DNA of 64,000 nucleotides from Gammaproteobacteria bacterium. GTDB lineage: Bacteria > Pseudomonadota > Gammaproteobacteria > UBA4575. Positions 20,582 to 30,219 of this stretch are shown here, in pieces. The stretch lies in the NCBI GenBank assembly GCA_965243395.1, contig CBDEUS010000002.1, forward strand, positions 978,293 to 1,042,292. The letters run 5' to 3'. The notes under the pieces are model-generated. The model searched no databases and was not told where the DNA came from. It saw only the letters and a program-made list of their open reading frames with translations. Positions within the stretch are counted from its first letter, which is position 1. Each line of letters begins with the position of its first letter. Position numbers and translations under genes: made by a program.

Positions 20582-20857
20582 TCAGCTAAATATGGAACTA
20601 AATATTTCACCTATGGTTTCAAACACACCTGCTACACCCTCGAAAATTGCTTCTAGAAAACTGACTAAGCACTCAAGAATGCTTTCACTACTGCTGACTA
20701 CTGGTACTGATATGCCGCTTAATGCAGCTAATATAATTATTGAAGGAATCAGAGTGACATCTGCGATAAAAATATATATAACAGAACCTATTAATGTGAA
20801 TGCACAAATTGTATTTAACAACCTAACGAGAATTGACTTTTGTCTTCTGTTTTTCAT
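20582..20857 (-). CDS. Hypothetical small membrane protein.
   Basis: About 91 aa starting from the ATG at 20857 (MKNRRQKS...). The track ORF begins at an upstream TTG. It has one or two transmembrane helices. Confidence 0.4.
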   Translation of the reverse strand: MKNRRQKSILVRLLNTICAFTLIGSVIYIFIADVTLIPSIIILAALSGISVPVVSSSESILECLVSFLEAIFEGVAGVFETIGEIFSSIFS

Positions 20858-20883
20858 ATATCTTTCTCTGCTCAAAACTATTT

Positions 20884-20914
20884 AAATGTCCGCTTTGGGT
20901 CGTTAGCTGTCATT
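20884..20914 (+). repeat. Copy 3 of the repeat family, in the opposite orientation to copies 1 and 2.
   Basis: AAATGTCCGCTTTGGGTCGTTAGCTGTCATT. It is an imperfect hairpin and overlaps the stop of ORF 20910-21194. Confidence 0.6.
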
Positions 20915-21194
20915 CAGATGTTAACCCACATTTTTGGCATTTTCTTGGCCACCAACTGTAGTAGCTAATAATCTTTTTACAGGATGGACATTTAGAATAT
21001 CTAATCGCAACAAAGAGCGAAACAAGCCCAACTACTTGTAGAATAATTATTAGTATTGAAGGATTTACAGGAAGGTTTACTAACTCATGTTGATAATGTC
21101 TAACAATAATAGCAGGAATCCAAAAGCACAATGCTATTAAAGTAAAAAGGATTCGCTTGAATCGGTGCTCTTTAAATAACAGTTGATTATTCAT
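20910..21194 (-). CDS. Hypothetical membrane protein with a C-terminal zinc-ribbon.
   Basis: 94 aa with two transmembrane helices and the C-terminal CPSCKK...CQKCG motif (CxxC-x13-CxxC). Confidence 0.45.
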   Translation of the reverse strand: MNNQLLFKEHRFKRILFTLIALCFWIPAIIVRHYQHELVNLPVNPSILIIILQVVGLVSLFVAIRYSKCPSCKKIISYYSWWPRKCQKCGLTSE

Positions 21195-21221
21195 ACTGGG
21201 TGAAGTATTTCAGACTTAATT

Positions 21222-21253
21222 GAATGTCCGCTTTGGGTCGTAAACGGACATTC
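21222..21253. repeat. Copy 4 of the repeat family, a perfect 9-bp-stem hairpin.
   Basis: GAATGTCCG-CTTTGGGTCGTAAA-CGGACATTC. Confidence 0.6.
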
Positions 21254-21380
21254 TAATTAAGAATAGAATCGGTTGCATCGTCCCTGATGGACATCATATT
21301 CGCGCTTCCCTGCGCTCACATCCCAGCGCTTACTACATATTCTGTGCTCTTGGCCGATGAATAGAATATATTAATTCACT

Positions 21381-21416
21381 TCTCAGGCCTTGAAATAGCT
21401 AGGGTTGCCCCCATCT
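21381..21416 (+). promoter_or_regulatory. Sigma-32 (RpoH) heat-shock promoter of clpB.
   Basis: TCTCaggCCTTGAAA, then 13 nt, then CCCCATCT. This is a near-consensus match to TCTCNCCCTTGAA-N13-15-CCCCATNT. It lies 35 bp upstream of the clpB ATG. Confidence 0.8.
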
Positions 21417-21450
21417 CAAAGACAAAGTTTATGAATATGGAGTTGTCAGG

Positions 21451-24030
21451 ATGCGCATGGATAAATTAACCACTAATTTCCAGCTTGCTTTGCAAGAGGC
21501 GCAGTCTATGGCAGTCGGGCAGGATCACCAATTCATTGAGCCTGTTCATTTATTGTTGGCAATGCTGAATCAAGACAACAGTGTGGTGGCATCTCTTTAT
21601 TTAAGTGCGGGTGCAGATGTAAATGCAATAAAACAGAAATCACAGGAAATAGTAAATCGTTTGCCTCATGTTTCCGGTACTGCCGGTGAAGTGCATATAT
21701 CGAATAACCTTAGTAATCTATTAAATGTAACCGACAAACTTGCACAACAAAGTGGTGACGATTATATCGCTTCCGAAATGTTTGCGGTTGCAGCGATTGA
21801 AGACAAGGGTGAGCTTGGAAGTTTATTAAAACAGTCAGGTTTAAATAAGCAGCAATTAATATCTGCGCTTGAAAAAATGCGAGCAGGAGAAAGCGTGAAC
21901 GATCCTAATGCAGAAGAAACACGACATGCGCTTGATAAATACACGATTGATTTAACCGAGCGAGCAGAACAGGGCAAGCTTGATCCAGTTATTGGTCGTG
22001 ATGATGAAATTCGCCGTGCGGTTCAAGTTTTACAACGTCGTACTAAAAATAATCCAGTACTAATTGGTGAGCCAGGTGTGGGTAAAACGGCCATTGTAGA
22101 AGGTTTGGCTCTGCGCATCGTGAATGGTGAAGTTCCTGAAGGGATTAAAAACAAAAAACTATTATCACTTGATTTAAGTGCACTCATTGCGGGGGCAAAA
22201 TTTCGTGGTGAATTTGAAGAAAGACTTAAAGCAGTATTGAAAGAACTTTCTAAGCAGGAAGGGCAGATCATATTATTTATTGATGAGTTACACACCATGG
22301 TAGGCGCAGGCAAAGCTGAAGGGGCTATGGACGCAGGCAATATGTTGAAACCAGCATTAGCACGAGGGGAGTTACATTGTTTGGGTGCAACTACTTTAGA
22401 TGAATATCGACAGTATATTGAAAAAGACGCTGCGCTTGAGCGACGTTTCCAAAAAATAATTGTTGATGAACCCAGTGTTGAAGACACCATCGCAATTTTG
22501 CGTGGTTTAAAAGAACGTTATGAAGTGCATCATGGTGTAGATATCACCGATCCGGCGATTGTCAGTGCGGCCACACTCTCTCATCGTTACATTTCAGATC
22601 GACAGTTGCCGGATAAAGCTATTGACTTGATTGATGAGGCTGCTTCACGCATTCGTATGGAAATCGATTCCAAACCGGAATCAATGGATAAACTGGATCG
22701 TAAACTTATTCAACTAAAAATTGAGCGTGAGGCATTAAAGAAAGAATCTGATGATGCATCCAAGAAACATTTGGATGAACTTGAAGCCGAAATTCAAAAG
22801 CTTGAAAAAGAATATGCAGATCTAGAAGAAATTTGGCGCGCAGAAAAAAATACCTTGCAAGGTTCGCAGGAAGTGAAAGAAGCGCTTGAGCAAGCGCGCA
22901 TAGACTTAGATGCTGCACATCGTGCAGGAGATCTAGCCAAGATGTCGGAATTGCAATATGGAAAGATTCCTGAATTAGAAAAGCAATTACAGTCAGCCAG
23001 CGAAGTAAAGAGTGGTGATAATAAATTACTTCGAAATAAAGTTACGGATGCGGAAGTGGCTGAAATTGTTTCGCATTGGACAGGTATTCCAGTATCTAAG
23101 ATGTTGGCGGGTGAGCGTGAAAAATTATTGGAGATGGAATCTGTACTTCGTAAGCGAGTCGTTGGTCAAGATGAAGCGGTGCAAGTCGTTTCAGATGCGG
23201 TGCGCAGATCCCGTGCAGGTATATCTGATCCCAGGCGGCCCAATGGTTCTTTCTTATTTCTTGGGCCAACAGGTGTAGGTAAAACAGAACTGACCAAAGC
23301 TTTAACCGAATTTTTATTTGATAGTGAAGATGCGCTTATTCGTGTAGATATGTCTGAGTTTATGGAAAAACATTCGGTAGCACGTTTAATAGGTGCGCCT
23401 CCGGGTTATGTGGGTTATGAAGAGGGTGGATATTTAACTGAAGCGGTAAGACGTAAGCCGTATAGTGTTGTATTACTGGATGAAATTGAAAAAGCACACC
23501 CGGATGTTTTTAATATTTTATTACAAGTCTTAGATGATGGTCGCCTAACAGATGGTCATGGTAGAACAGTTGATTTTAAAAATACTGTCGTCATCATGAC
23601 GTCTAATTTAGGGAGTGATGTCATACAAGAGCTTTCATCGGATGCGCAGTATGAAGAAATGAAAGCAGCCGTTATGGAAGTGGTTGCAGCACGTTTCAGG
23701 CCCGAATTTATTAATCGCATTGATGATGCGATTGTGTTTCATCCGCTTGCACAAGAGCATATACGTGCCATTACTGAAATCCAGTTAGAGCACTTGCAAA
23801 AGAGACTTAGTGATCGTGATATCAGATTGTCATTTTCAGATATAGCTTTAGAAAAATTATCTAAAGCTGGATTTGATCCAGTCTATGGTGCAAGACCCCT
23901 AAAGCGTTCAATACAAGAACTCGTCGAGAACCCATTAGCCCAAAAGTTGTTATCAGGTGATATAAAAACGGGCGCAGAGGTGAGCGTTGATGTAAAAAGT
24001 GATCAATTAGAATTTGTTTCGAAATCTTAG
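21451..24030 (+). CDS. clpB: Chaperone disaggregase ClpB.
   Basis: 859 aa. [14 protein letters not shown] is like E. coli MRLDRLT. There are two AAA+ modules with a coiled-coil M domain. Confidence 0.95.
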   Translation: MRMDKLTTNFQLALQEAQSMAVGQDHQFIEPVHLLLAMLNQDNSVVASLYLSAGADVNAIKQKSQEIVNRLPHVSGTAGEVHISNNLSNLLNVTDKLAQQSGDDYIASEMFAVAAIEDKGELGSLLKQSGLNKQQLISALEKMRAGESVNDPNAEETRHALDKYTIDLTERAEQGKLDPVIGRDDEIRRAVQVLQRRTKNNPVLIGEPGVGKTAIVEGLALRIVNGEVPEGIKNKKLLSLDLSALIAGAKFRGEFEERLKAVLKELSKQEGQIILFIDELHTMVGAGKAEGAMDAGNMLKPALARGELHCLGATTLDEYRQYIEKDAALERRFQKIIVDEPSVEDTIAILRGLKERYEVHHGVDITDPAIVSAATLSHRYISDRQLPDKAIDLIDEAASRIRMEIDSKPESMDKLDRKLIQLKIEREALKKESDDASKKHLDELEAEIQKLEKEYADLEEIWRAEKNTLQGSQEVKEALEQARIDLDAAHRAGDLAKMSELQYGKIPELEKQLQSASEVKSGDNKLLRNKVTDAEVAEIVSHWTGIPVSKMLAGEREKLLEMESVLRKRVVGQDEAVQVVSDAVRRSRAGISDPRRPNGSFLFLGPTGVGKTELTKALTEFLFDSEDALIRVDMSEFMEKHSVARLIGAPPGYVGYEEGGYLTEAVRRKPYSVVLLDEIEKAHPDVFNILLQVLDDGRLTDGHGRTVDFKNTVVIMTSNLGSDVIQELSSDAQYEEMKAAVMEVVAARFRPEFINRIDDAIVFHPLAQEHIRAITEIQLEHLQKRLSDRDIRLSFSDIALEKLSKAGFDPVYGARPLKRSIQELVENPLAQKLLSGDIKTGAEVSVDVKSDQLEFVSKS

Positions 24031-24040
24031 CTTTAATATA

Positions 24041-24068
24041 AGGAGCAACGTATAGTTGCTCCTTTATT
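24041..24068. terminator. Bidirectional rho-independent terminator shared by clpB (+) and the convergent repeat-protein gene (-).
   Basis: AGGAGCAAC-gtata-GTTGCTCCT is a perfect 9-bp stem flanked by T-rich or A-rich runs. Confidence 0.75.
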
Positions 24069-24084
24069 ACCACATTGCCACATA

Positions 24085-24477
24085 TTAGTGTCTTCGGTTA
24101 AAACGTTGACCTTTGCGATCAAGCCGACGATCAATGCGATCTCCTTTTCGATCTAATCGATTATCAATGCGATCACCTTTTCGGTCTAATCGATTATCAA
24201 TGCGGTCTCCTTTTCTTTCTAGACGATTCGCCAAATGATCTTTACCAGCATCGCGTGCGCGGTCAGCTTTATGATCCAAGCGGTTTTCAATACGATCACC
24301 TTTGCGGTCAAGCCTTCGGTCGACGCGATCACCCTTGCGGTCTAAACGGTTTTCGATACGATCACCTTTGCGATCTAAATGTCGTTCAACCCTATCGCCT
24401 TTGTCCGCACTTGCTATAGAAGTACCGCCAAGCAATAACACAGCCGAGAAAAGTAGTGCTAAGTTTTTCGTTTTCAT
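24085..24477 (-). CDS. Secreted low-complexity protein composed of tandem 11-residue charged repeats (DRKGDRIxNRL).
   Basis: Signal peptide MKTKNLALLFSAVLLLGGTSIASA, then about 8-9 repeats of LDRKGDR[IV][ED][NR]R. There is no hydrophobic core. Confidence 0.6.
   Translation of the reverse strand: MKTKNLALLFSAVLLLGGTSIASADKGDRVERHLDRKGDRIENRLDRKGDRVDRRLDRKGDRIENRLDHKADRARDAGKDHLANRLERKGDRIDNRLDRKGDRIDNRLDRKGDRIDRRLDRKGQRFNRRH
24100..24400 (-). repeat. Intragenic tandem 33-bp coding repeats.
   Basis: The minus strand repeats units like cgatcaagccgacgatcaatgcgatctcc / cgatctaatcgattatcaatgcgatcacc. This corresponds to the 11-aa protein repeat. Confidence 0.6.
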
Positions 24478-24596
24478 ATTCTTTACTCCAGTTGCATGAT
24501 TTACAGTACATACAACGTGTGAGTTAGAATTACGTTGACAGCAGTAGTACTTTATTAGTGTTAGGCCTAATAGAGCGAAATAGCTCTAGAACTTAG

Positions 24597-25442
24597 TCAC
24601 TTACGTTCGATCTTTGATGATTTTGAAAGCAAAGTATCAAGAATAGGTGTAGGTAATAGCCTCTTTAGGTAAGCAAATAAAAAGGTTGGAACCGTTACGT
24701 AGTATCTGGTTCTCGGGTTTCTGCTGTTTAATGCAAGCAGCACCTTTTTTGTTACTGCTTCTGGTTCTAATGTAAAGGGTACTGCCGGGCCTTCAGTTTC
24801 TAAACGCGCAATAGTGTCTTGGTACTGATCATGAAAGCGGCTTTTTTTACTTTCAATATTTTTTTGAAATAGTAATAAGCTGTTTTGTCTAAATCGACTG
24901 GTAATTGGGCCCGGTTCAACTATGGATACACGAATATTTGTATTTTTTAATTCTAAACGCAATGTATCGCTGATACCTTCGAGCGCAAATTTAGAGGCAA
25001 TATAGGCGCCGCGAAATGGCATGGCAACGAATCCAAGTACAGAACTGATTTGAACAATTCTGCCATAACCTTGTTGATGCATAGCTGGAAGAATTGAATT
25101 TGTAAGTTCGACTAAACCAAATAAATTGGTTTCGAATTGATCTATTAATACACTACGTTGTAAATCTTCTACTGCTCCAGGTTGTCCAAAGCCAGCATTA
25201 TTAATCAATCCGTAAAGTTTTCCATTTGTTTCATTTAATACTGTTTTTACAGCTGATTGGATCGATTCAGAATTTGCAACGTCCAATTGCAAGCTCCTCA
25301 ATCCAAGACTAGAAAGTTTTTCTACATCAGATTGTTTTCTTGCTGAGGCAAATACTTCATAACCGTTTTCTTTTAGTGAATGAGCTAGATGTAATCCAAT
25401 CCCGGAAGAGCAACCTGTTATTAAAATATTCTTATCAACCAT
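24597..25442 (-). CDS. Short-chain dehydrogenase/reductase (SDR).
   Basis: TGCSSGIG glycine motif and a YxxxK catalytic region. Confidence 0.85.
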   Translation of the reverse strand: MVDKNILITGCSSGIGLHLAHSLKENGYEVFASARKQSDVEKLSSLGLRSLQLDVANSESIQSAVKTVLNETNGKLYGLINNAGFGQPGAVEDLQRSVLIDQFETNLFGLVELTNSILPAMHQQGYGRIVQISSVLGFVAMPFRGAYIASKFALEGISDTLRLELKNTNIRVSIVEPGPITSRFRQNSLLLFQKNIESKKSRFHDQYQDTIARLETEGPAVPFTLEPEAVTKKVLLALNSRNPRTRYYVTVPTFLFAYLKRLLPTPILDTLLSKSSKIERK

Positions 25443-25530
25443 GAAAAATATTCTGACATAAAAAAACCGGACCTCTTTCGAAGCCCGGTTTTTATTACAC
25501 TTAATGTGTGACTAGATCTTATAGATCATC

Positions 25531-26880
25531 CTATAAGTCAAAATCATCATCATTGTTGTCAGCAGTGCAAGGACGTGCCTCAATCTGGTTGTCCGCAGCA
25601 TACTGCTCGGCACCCGCATCAATAATGGCTTGAGATAACGGTACGTCACCTTCAATCCAATCCGATACGATGTTCCACTGACGCTTGCCGGCATCCCATT
25701 GCTGGAATTTCGCAAGGTGACCGCCTACGTGGTCTAAGCAGGTAAGGTTCAACTCAGGTACAAGACCGGTTGCGCCTAGCTCTTCAATGCGTGCCGCATC
25801 TAAACGTAGGTTCTCAAAGCCCCAGCGTGCTTCCGCTGAAGTCAATGGACGGTTGCCAAAACGTGCTTGGGCAATGCGTAGCGCTTCAGTGTGTACCACA
25901 CCCGCTAATACGCCAAGGTTCCAGTACACAGAGCCTAAACGTGACTTATCTTGTAGGTCTCCGTTTCCAGCGCCATATACAGTCTTGATGATTTCTTGTA
26001 CGACTGCGAAGTCGGTGCCTGCAGGGTGGGTGGTAATCGCTTGATAACCATCTGCCGCTTTACCTGCTGGAATCACGTCTTCGTCTGAGTTAGACCAGAT
26101 GTTGCCGATTAGACGGCTTACTGGATAACCGGTACGTACCGCAGTCTGCATCGCTACTGGGTTCATTACACCCCAGCCTCTGAGTAGTACATAGTCAGGC
26201 TTAAGTTTACGAATGTTCAACCATTGAGATTGTTGTTCGTTACCTGGGTGAGGTACTTCTAGAGGGTGATGCGTACAACCGTGCTTCTCGCACATGCTGT
26301 CCATAAAGTCGATCGCTTCACGACCGTATGGAGATCCGTGATAAAGCATGGCAATTTTCTTGCCTTTCAGGTTGTCACGTCCGCCTTCTAATACGTCACC
26401 AATGAAGTGCACCATAATAGAGTGCTCGTCATAGGTGTTGATGCCAGGCATAAAGTAGTAAGGGAAGATGTCGCCACGCTGTCCCGCGGTCTTACCGTGG
26501 TTCACCGCAATAATGGGCATCTTGTCTTTACGTCCGGTCTCAATCAATGCAGTTGAGATACCTACTGATAATGGGTCAAAGAATACCGCACCACCTTCAC
26601 GATCTTTTAATCGCTTGTAGCACTCTACTCCGCGCTCCACTGAATACTCAGTCTCGCACTCTGACCAGATCAGCTTCACGCCATTGACGCCGCCATCTCT
26701 TTCATTAAGTAGGTTGTAGTAGTCTAGGATGCCACCAAAATAACCCGTTCCACCTGCCGCGTATGGTCCTACGCGATAACTTGGAATCGGTACGTACATG
26801 GTCTCTTCGGCTTGTACCGCCGTACTCACCGCTAGCATCGATCCTAATGCCACTACTAACGTTAATAGTTTTTTCTTCAT
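25531..26880 (-). CDS. Periplasmic substrate-binding protein, type-1 PBP fold (Leu/Ile/Val or amide/urea-binding family). It is orphan: no permease or ATPase genes are adjacent.
   Basis: 449 aa with a signal peptide and a LivK-like fold. It has an unusual acidic tail, DNNDDDFDL. The gene is visibly more GC-rich (about 50-55%) than its flanks. Confidence 0.75.
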   Translation of the reverse strand: MKKKLLTLVVALGSMLAVSTAVQAEETMYVPIPSYRVGPYAAGGTGYFGGILDYYNLLNERDGGVNGVKLIWSECETEYSVERGVECYKRLKDREGGAVFFDPLSVGISTALIETGRKDKMPIIAVNHGKTAGQRGDIFPYYFMPGINTYDEHSIMVHFIGDVLEGGRDNLKGKKIAMLYHGSPYGREAIDFMDSMCEKHGCTHHPLEVPHPGNEQQSQWLNIRKLKPDYVLLRGWGVMNPVAMQTAVRTGYPVSRLIGNIWSNSDEDVIPAGKAADGYQAITTHPAGTDFAVVQEIIKTVYGAGNGDLQDKSRLGSVYWNLGVLAGVVHTEALRIAQARFGNRPLTSAEARWGFENLRLDAARIEELGATGLVPELNLTCLDHVGGHLAKFQQWDAGKRQWNIVSDWIEGDVPLSQAIIDAGAEQYAADNQIEARPCTADNNDDDFDL

Positions 26881-26957
26881 GTGTACTCCTCCTGTCCTTC
26901 AAGTACATGGGTCAAAAAAATAACCACAAGTCTTAAAACAAGGGTTGATTTTGAATC

Positions 26958-26974
26958 GTGAAAAGTCTTTTCAC
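26958..26974. promoter_or_regulatory. 17-bp perfect palindrome GTGAAAAG-T-CTTTTCAC upstream of the binding-protein gene.
   Basis: Seen directly in the sequence, about 80 bp upstream of the start codon. Confidence 0.4.
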
Positions 26975-26985
26975 ATCTTGTAAAA

Positions 26986-27006
26986 AAATAACTTAAGTAG
27001 TTATTT
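26986..27006. promoter_or_regulatory. Second palindrome AAATAACT-taagt-AGTTATTT in the same promoter region.
   Basis: 8-bp arms with a 5-bp spacer, seen directly in the sequence. Confidence 0.35.
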
Positions 27007-27238
27007 TTTTAGACCACATAGGCTAATAGAAGTTTTAGCCATATATGCCTTACGGGCAGTGTAGCCATTGCGTCGGGGAATGCAAGTTAAATAGATAGTT
27101 TGAAATAAAGTAGATAAGAATATATTAAAATACTAAACGAATTATATTACCCAAATAAAAACATGGTTAAGAAAATTTGTTTATTAAATACTTAAGCTAA
27201 ATGCTTAAGTTACGGGCAATTTGTGATTAAACGTAGGC

Positions 27239-27565
27239 TTATGGAATACAACGATACACTGCAAATGTTTGTTGTCCATTATCAATTTTAGAAATCGCAG
27301 TTACTGTATCGCCCCCCATGTTTACTGAGCTGTTACGCGCCAAAATTTGCAGTTCCTTTGCAATGACTGTGGGTTGACGAGGAACCGTCATTAAAGTGGG
27401 TTTAACTTTTACAGTTGTAGCACCACGTTTTTGGCAGTTCGCAACCTCACCTGCACTTAATACACGGGCTTTTTCGCCACCATGAGTAAGCTTCACAGTT
27501 GCACACGCATTAAGTGCAAACGCAACTAAAACAGAAAACAAAATAAAATAAATTTTTTTCAGCAT
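27239..27565 (-). CDS. Small lipoprotein (DUF4156-like).
   Basis: 108 aa with lipobox LNAC and an N-terminal signal peptide. Confidence 0.55.
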   Translation of the reverse strand: MLKKIYFILFSVLVAFALNACATVKLTHGGEKARVLSAGEVANCQKRGATTVKVKPTLMTVPRQPTVIAKELQILARNSSVNMGGDTVTAISKIDNGQQTFAVYRCIP

Positions 27566-27640
27566 ATTAAAAAAGCCTTTATAAGATTTTTCCTTATTAT
27601 ACCTATTTAAATGTTTGGATTATTAGATTGTAGGTTAGTT

Positions 27641-29374
27641 TCAATTGCTTTTAGAATTTTTAATTGTTTCTTCTATAAAGTCTACTAAATTATCGATAGG
27701 AATCTGCTGGGCTTCTTTATCTGTGCGGCCTTTATATTCGATCATTCCGTCGTCTAAGCCGCGATCACTTACAACTATTCGGTGCGGAATGCCAATTAGT
27801 TCATGATCTTTAAACATTAGTCCTACACGAAGATCGCGGTCATCAAAAAATATTTCAATAGCTCTTTGTTTTATGTCTTCATACAAGCGTTCACAAGTTT
27901 TTTTCACTTGGGTAGATTTTTTCATATTGATTGGAATTAATGAGATTTCAAAAGGTGCAATGGCTTGTGGCCAAATAATTCCATATTCATCAAAATTTTG
28001 TTCAATCGCAGCAGCGACTACACGAGTCACTCCGATACCGTAACAACCCATGGTAAGAATTTGCTCTTTACTGTCATCACCTAGCACACTGGCTTTAAGG
28101 GCTTGGCTATACTTATCGCCTAGCTGAAATATATGTCCTACTTCAATTCCGCGTTTAATCAGCACTGTACCTTTGCCATCTGGGCTTGGATCACCTTCAA
28201 TTATTTTTCGAATATCGACACTGTTGGTTTCATCAAATTTTTCAAAGTCTCGCTTCCAATCTACGCCTTTCATATGGAAGCCATCTTCATTTGCACCACA
28301 AACAAAATCATTTAATGTTGATGCAGCATGATCTATCAGTACAGGACAATTTAGTTTTAAGGGTCCAATAGAACCTGGTTTGCATCCTAATTGTTTTTGT
28401 ATTTCTGTCTCACTGGCAAATTCGATAGGGTCTGCAACAGCGGGTAATTTTTGTGCTTTTATAGCATTCAGTTCATGGTCACCACGTATCACAAGAGCTA
28501 CTAGTGGACTACTGCTTCCTTTAACTACGAGTGTCTTGGCAACTTGATCCGCTTTTACTTTTAAAAATTTGCAAACATCTTCGATACTGTGTTGATTAGG
28601 TGTGGCTATTTTTTCTAAGTCAGATCGAGATTGTGTATCAGATATATTGTCAGATTTGTATACGGGAGCGAGTTCTACATTTGCCGCATAATCGCTCTGA
28701 GTAGAAAAGGCAATTGCATCTTCGCCTGATTCCGCTAATACATGAAATTCATGCGATGCATTACCTCCAATACTGCCGGTATCCGCTTCTACTGCACGAA
28801 ACTCAAGCCCTAGACGTGTGAAAATATTTTGATAAGTCGTAAACATTACTTGATAAGTACGTTCCAAACATTTTTTATTTAAGTGGAATGAGTAAGCATC
28901 CTTCATGCTAAATTCACGAGCTCTCATCACACCAAAGCGTGGGCGAATTTCATCACGAAATTTGGTTTGTATTTGATAAAAATTAACCGGTAGTTGTTTA
29001 TAGCTACGAATTTCTTTGCGAACAAAGTCTGTGATTACTTCTTCATGAGTCGGGCCATAGCAAAATTCACGATCATGGCGATCATGTATGCGTAATAATT
29101 CGGGTCCATATTGATCCCACCGTTCTGATTCTTGCCATAACTCAGCAGGTTGTATAGAGGGCATTAAAACTTCTATTGCACCGGACTTATTCATCTCTTC
29201 ACGAATAATATTTTCAACTTTTCGTAAAGTGCGCAGGCCCATAGGCATCCATGTGTATAACCCAGCTGCCAAGCGACGGATCATGCCAGCACGTAACATC
29301 AGTTGGTGGCTGATCACTTCTGCATCGGCTGGAGATTCTTTAAGAGTAGATAAAAAGAACTGACTTACGCGCAT
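27641..29374 (-). CDS. proS: Prolyl-tRNA synthetase.
   Basis: 577 aa with class II aaRS motifs and an editing insertion. Confidence 0.95.
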   Translation of the reverse strand: MRVSQFFLSTLKESPADAEVISHQLMLRAGMIRRLAAGLYTWMPMGLRTLRKVENIIREEMNKSGAIEVLMPSIQPAELWQESERWDQYGPELLRIHDRHDREFCYGPTHEEVITDFVRKEIRSYKQLPVNFYQIQTKFRDEIRPRFGVMRAREFSMKDAYSFHLNKKCLERTYQVMFTTYQNIFTRLGLEFRAVEADTGSIGGNASHEFHVLAESGEDAIAFSTQSDYAANVELAPVYKSDNISDTQSRSDLEKIATPNQHSIEDVCKFLKVKADQVAKTLVVKGSSSPLVALVIRGDHELNAIKAQKLPAVADPIEFASETEIQKQLGCKPGSIGPLKLNCPVLIDHAASTLNDFVCGANEDGFHMKGVDWKRDFEKFDETNSVDIRKIIEGDPSPDGKGTVLIKRGIEVGHIFQLGDKYSQALKASVLGDDSKEQILTMGCYGIGVTRVVAAAIEQNFDEYGIIWPQAIAPFEISLIPINMKKSTQVKKTCERLYEDIKQRAIEIFFDDRDLRVGLMFKDHELIGIPHRIVVSDRGLDDGMIEYKGRTDKEAQQIPIDNLVDFIEETIKNSKSN

Positions 29375-29493
29375 AAAGATATATAGATTGAGTCAATCAG
29401 AATTATTAGTTATTCAAGCTACATAGTAACAAGAAGTCACCACGATCCATATCATGGAGAAAATATAAACAGGGATAATTCAGCTAGCAGAAT

Positions 29494-29943
29494 CTAGCTG
29501 CAGAATTCTTTGACTTGTTCTTCAGTCTCTTCAATTTTAGCTTGGCGTTCTTCTTCGCTCAGCTTGCGGTATACATCACCGTCTTTAACTGTCACTTGGC
29601 CACGGCTGGTGAGGGATTCCATGTTTTTAGTGGCAATTGCACAGTTTTCAGCTTTGATTTTATTGCTCTCTTCTAAAACTTCTTTGTCCAATTCTTTTTG
29701 TTTGCGTTGCTCACGTCGCTCTTCAAATGTACTACCAGAGCTGCTTGAACCAGAATTTGCAGTGGCGACAGAAGTTTTACCAATCTCTTCTTCAAAGACC
29801 ACCTCAAAGGGTACCCCTGGTGCAGGAGGAGTTTGGCTATATATGATTCGACCTTCCTCTGTCCACTTATACACAGGTCCAGCATGAGCAGCTGCCAATA
29901 ATAAGAAGGTGAAGCAAATCGTAAATAGTGTTTTAGCAATCAT
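29494..29943 (-). CDS. Secreted DUF4124-like protein.
   Basis: Signal peptide, then a VYKWTEEGRIIYSQTPP motif typical of DUF4124. Confidence 0.55.
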   Translation of the reverse strand: MIAKTLFTICFTFLLLAAAHAGPVYKWTEEGRIIYSQTPPAPGVPFEVVFEEEIGKTSVATANSGSSSSGSTFEERREQRKQKELDKEVLEESNKIKAENCAIATKNMESLTSRGQVTVKDGDVYRKLSEEERQAKIEETEEQVKEFCS

Positions 29944-30219
29944 CAGTGGTGAAAATCATGTGTCTTTGAACGTATACAGTCTAGCAAAATAAGCCAAATT
30001 ATGGGGATTTCTGGATTTAAGAAAGGCTGGGCGGAGCTATTCGAACGACGAAGCAAGCGATCAAGCAAGGACTTAGATCACACTCTGGTGTACGTAGGTA
30101 CTTGTTTTATAACCATTGTTAACCCAAATTTTTAATGAAATTTCATGAGACTTCGCATGGGCATCTGGTGCTATACTGGCACCTATAAAAAAAAATAATT
30201 AGGCTTCAAAGAGGTCTCC

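Noticed and set aside
20592-20885. 97-aa plus-strand ORF antisense to the small membrane-protein gene.
   Set aside because: It is a mirror ORF fully overlapping a better-supported minus-strand gene. It has no ribosome-binding site and is a low-complexity translation.
19446-21450. Classical integron (intI + attI + attC cassettes).
   Set aside because: No integrase gene or attI is in the window. The repeats are only about 25-30 bp against 57-141 bp for attC sites. They occur in both orientations relative to the co-oriented ORFs. The GTTRRRY core is only approximately matched (GTTAGGA). I kept it as cassette-like or REP-bounded instead.
22023-22490. 155-aa ORF antisense within clpB. The same applies to other antisense ORFs inside clpB, pilS, dxs, proS and others.
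   Set aside because: These are shadow ORFs inside highly conserved genes, with no independent support.
25443-25530. Terminator between the binding-protein gene and the SDR gene.
   Set aside because: There is only a 4-5 bp GC stem (CCGG...CCGG) with a long loop. It is too weak to call.
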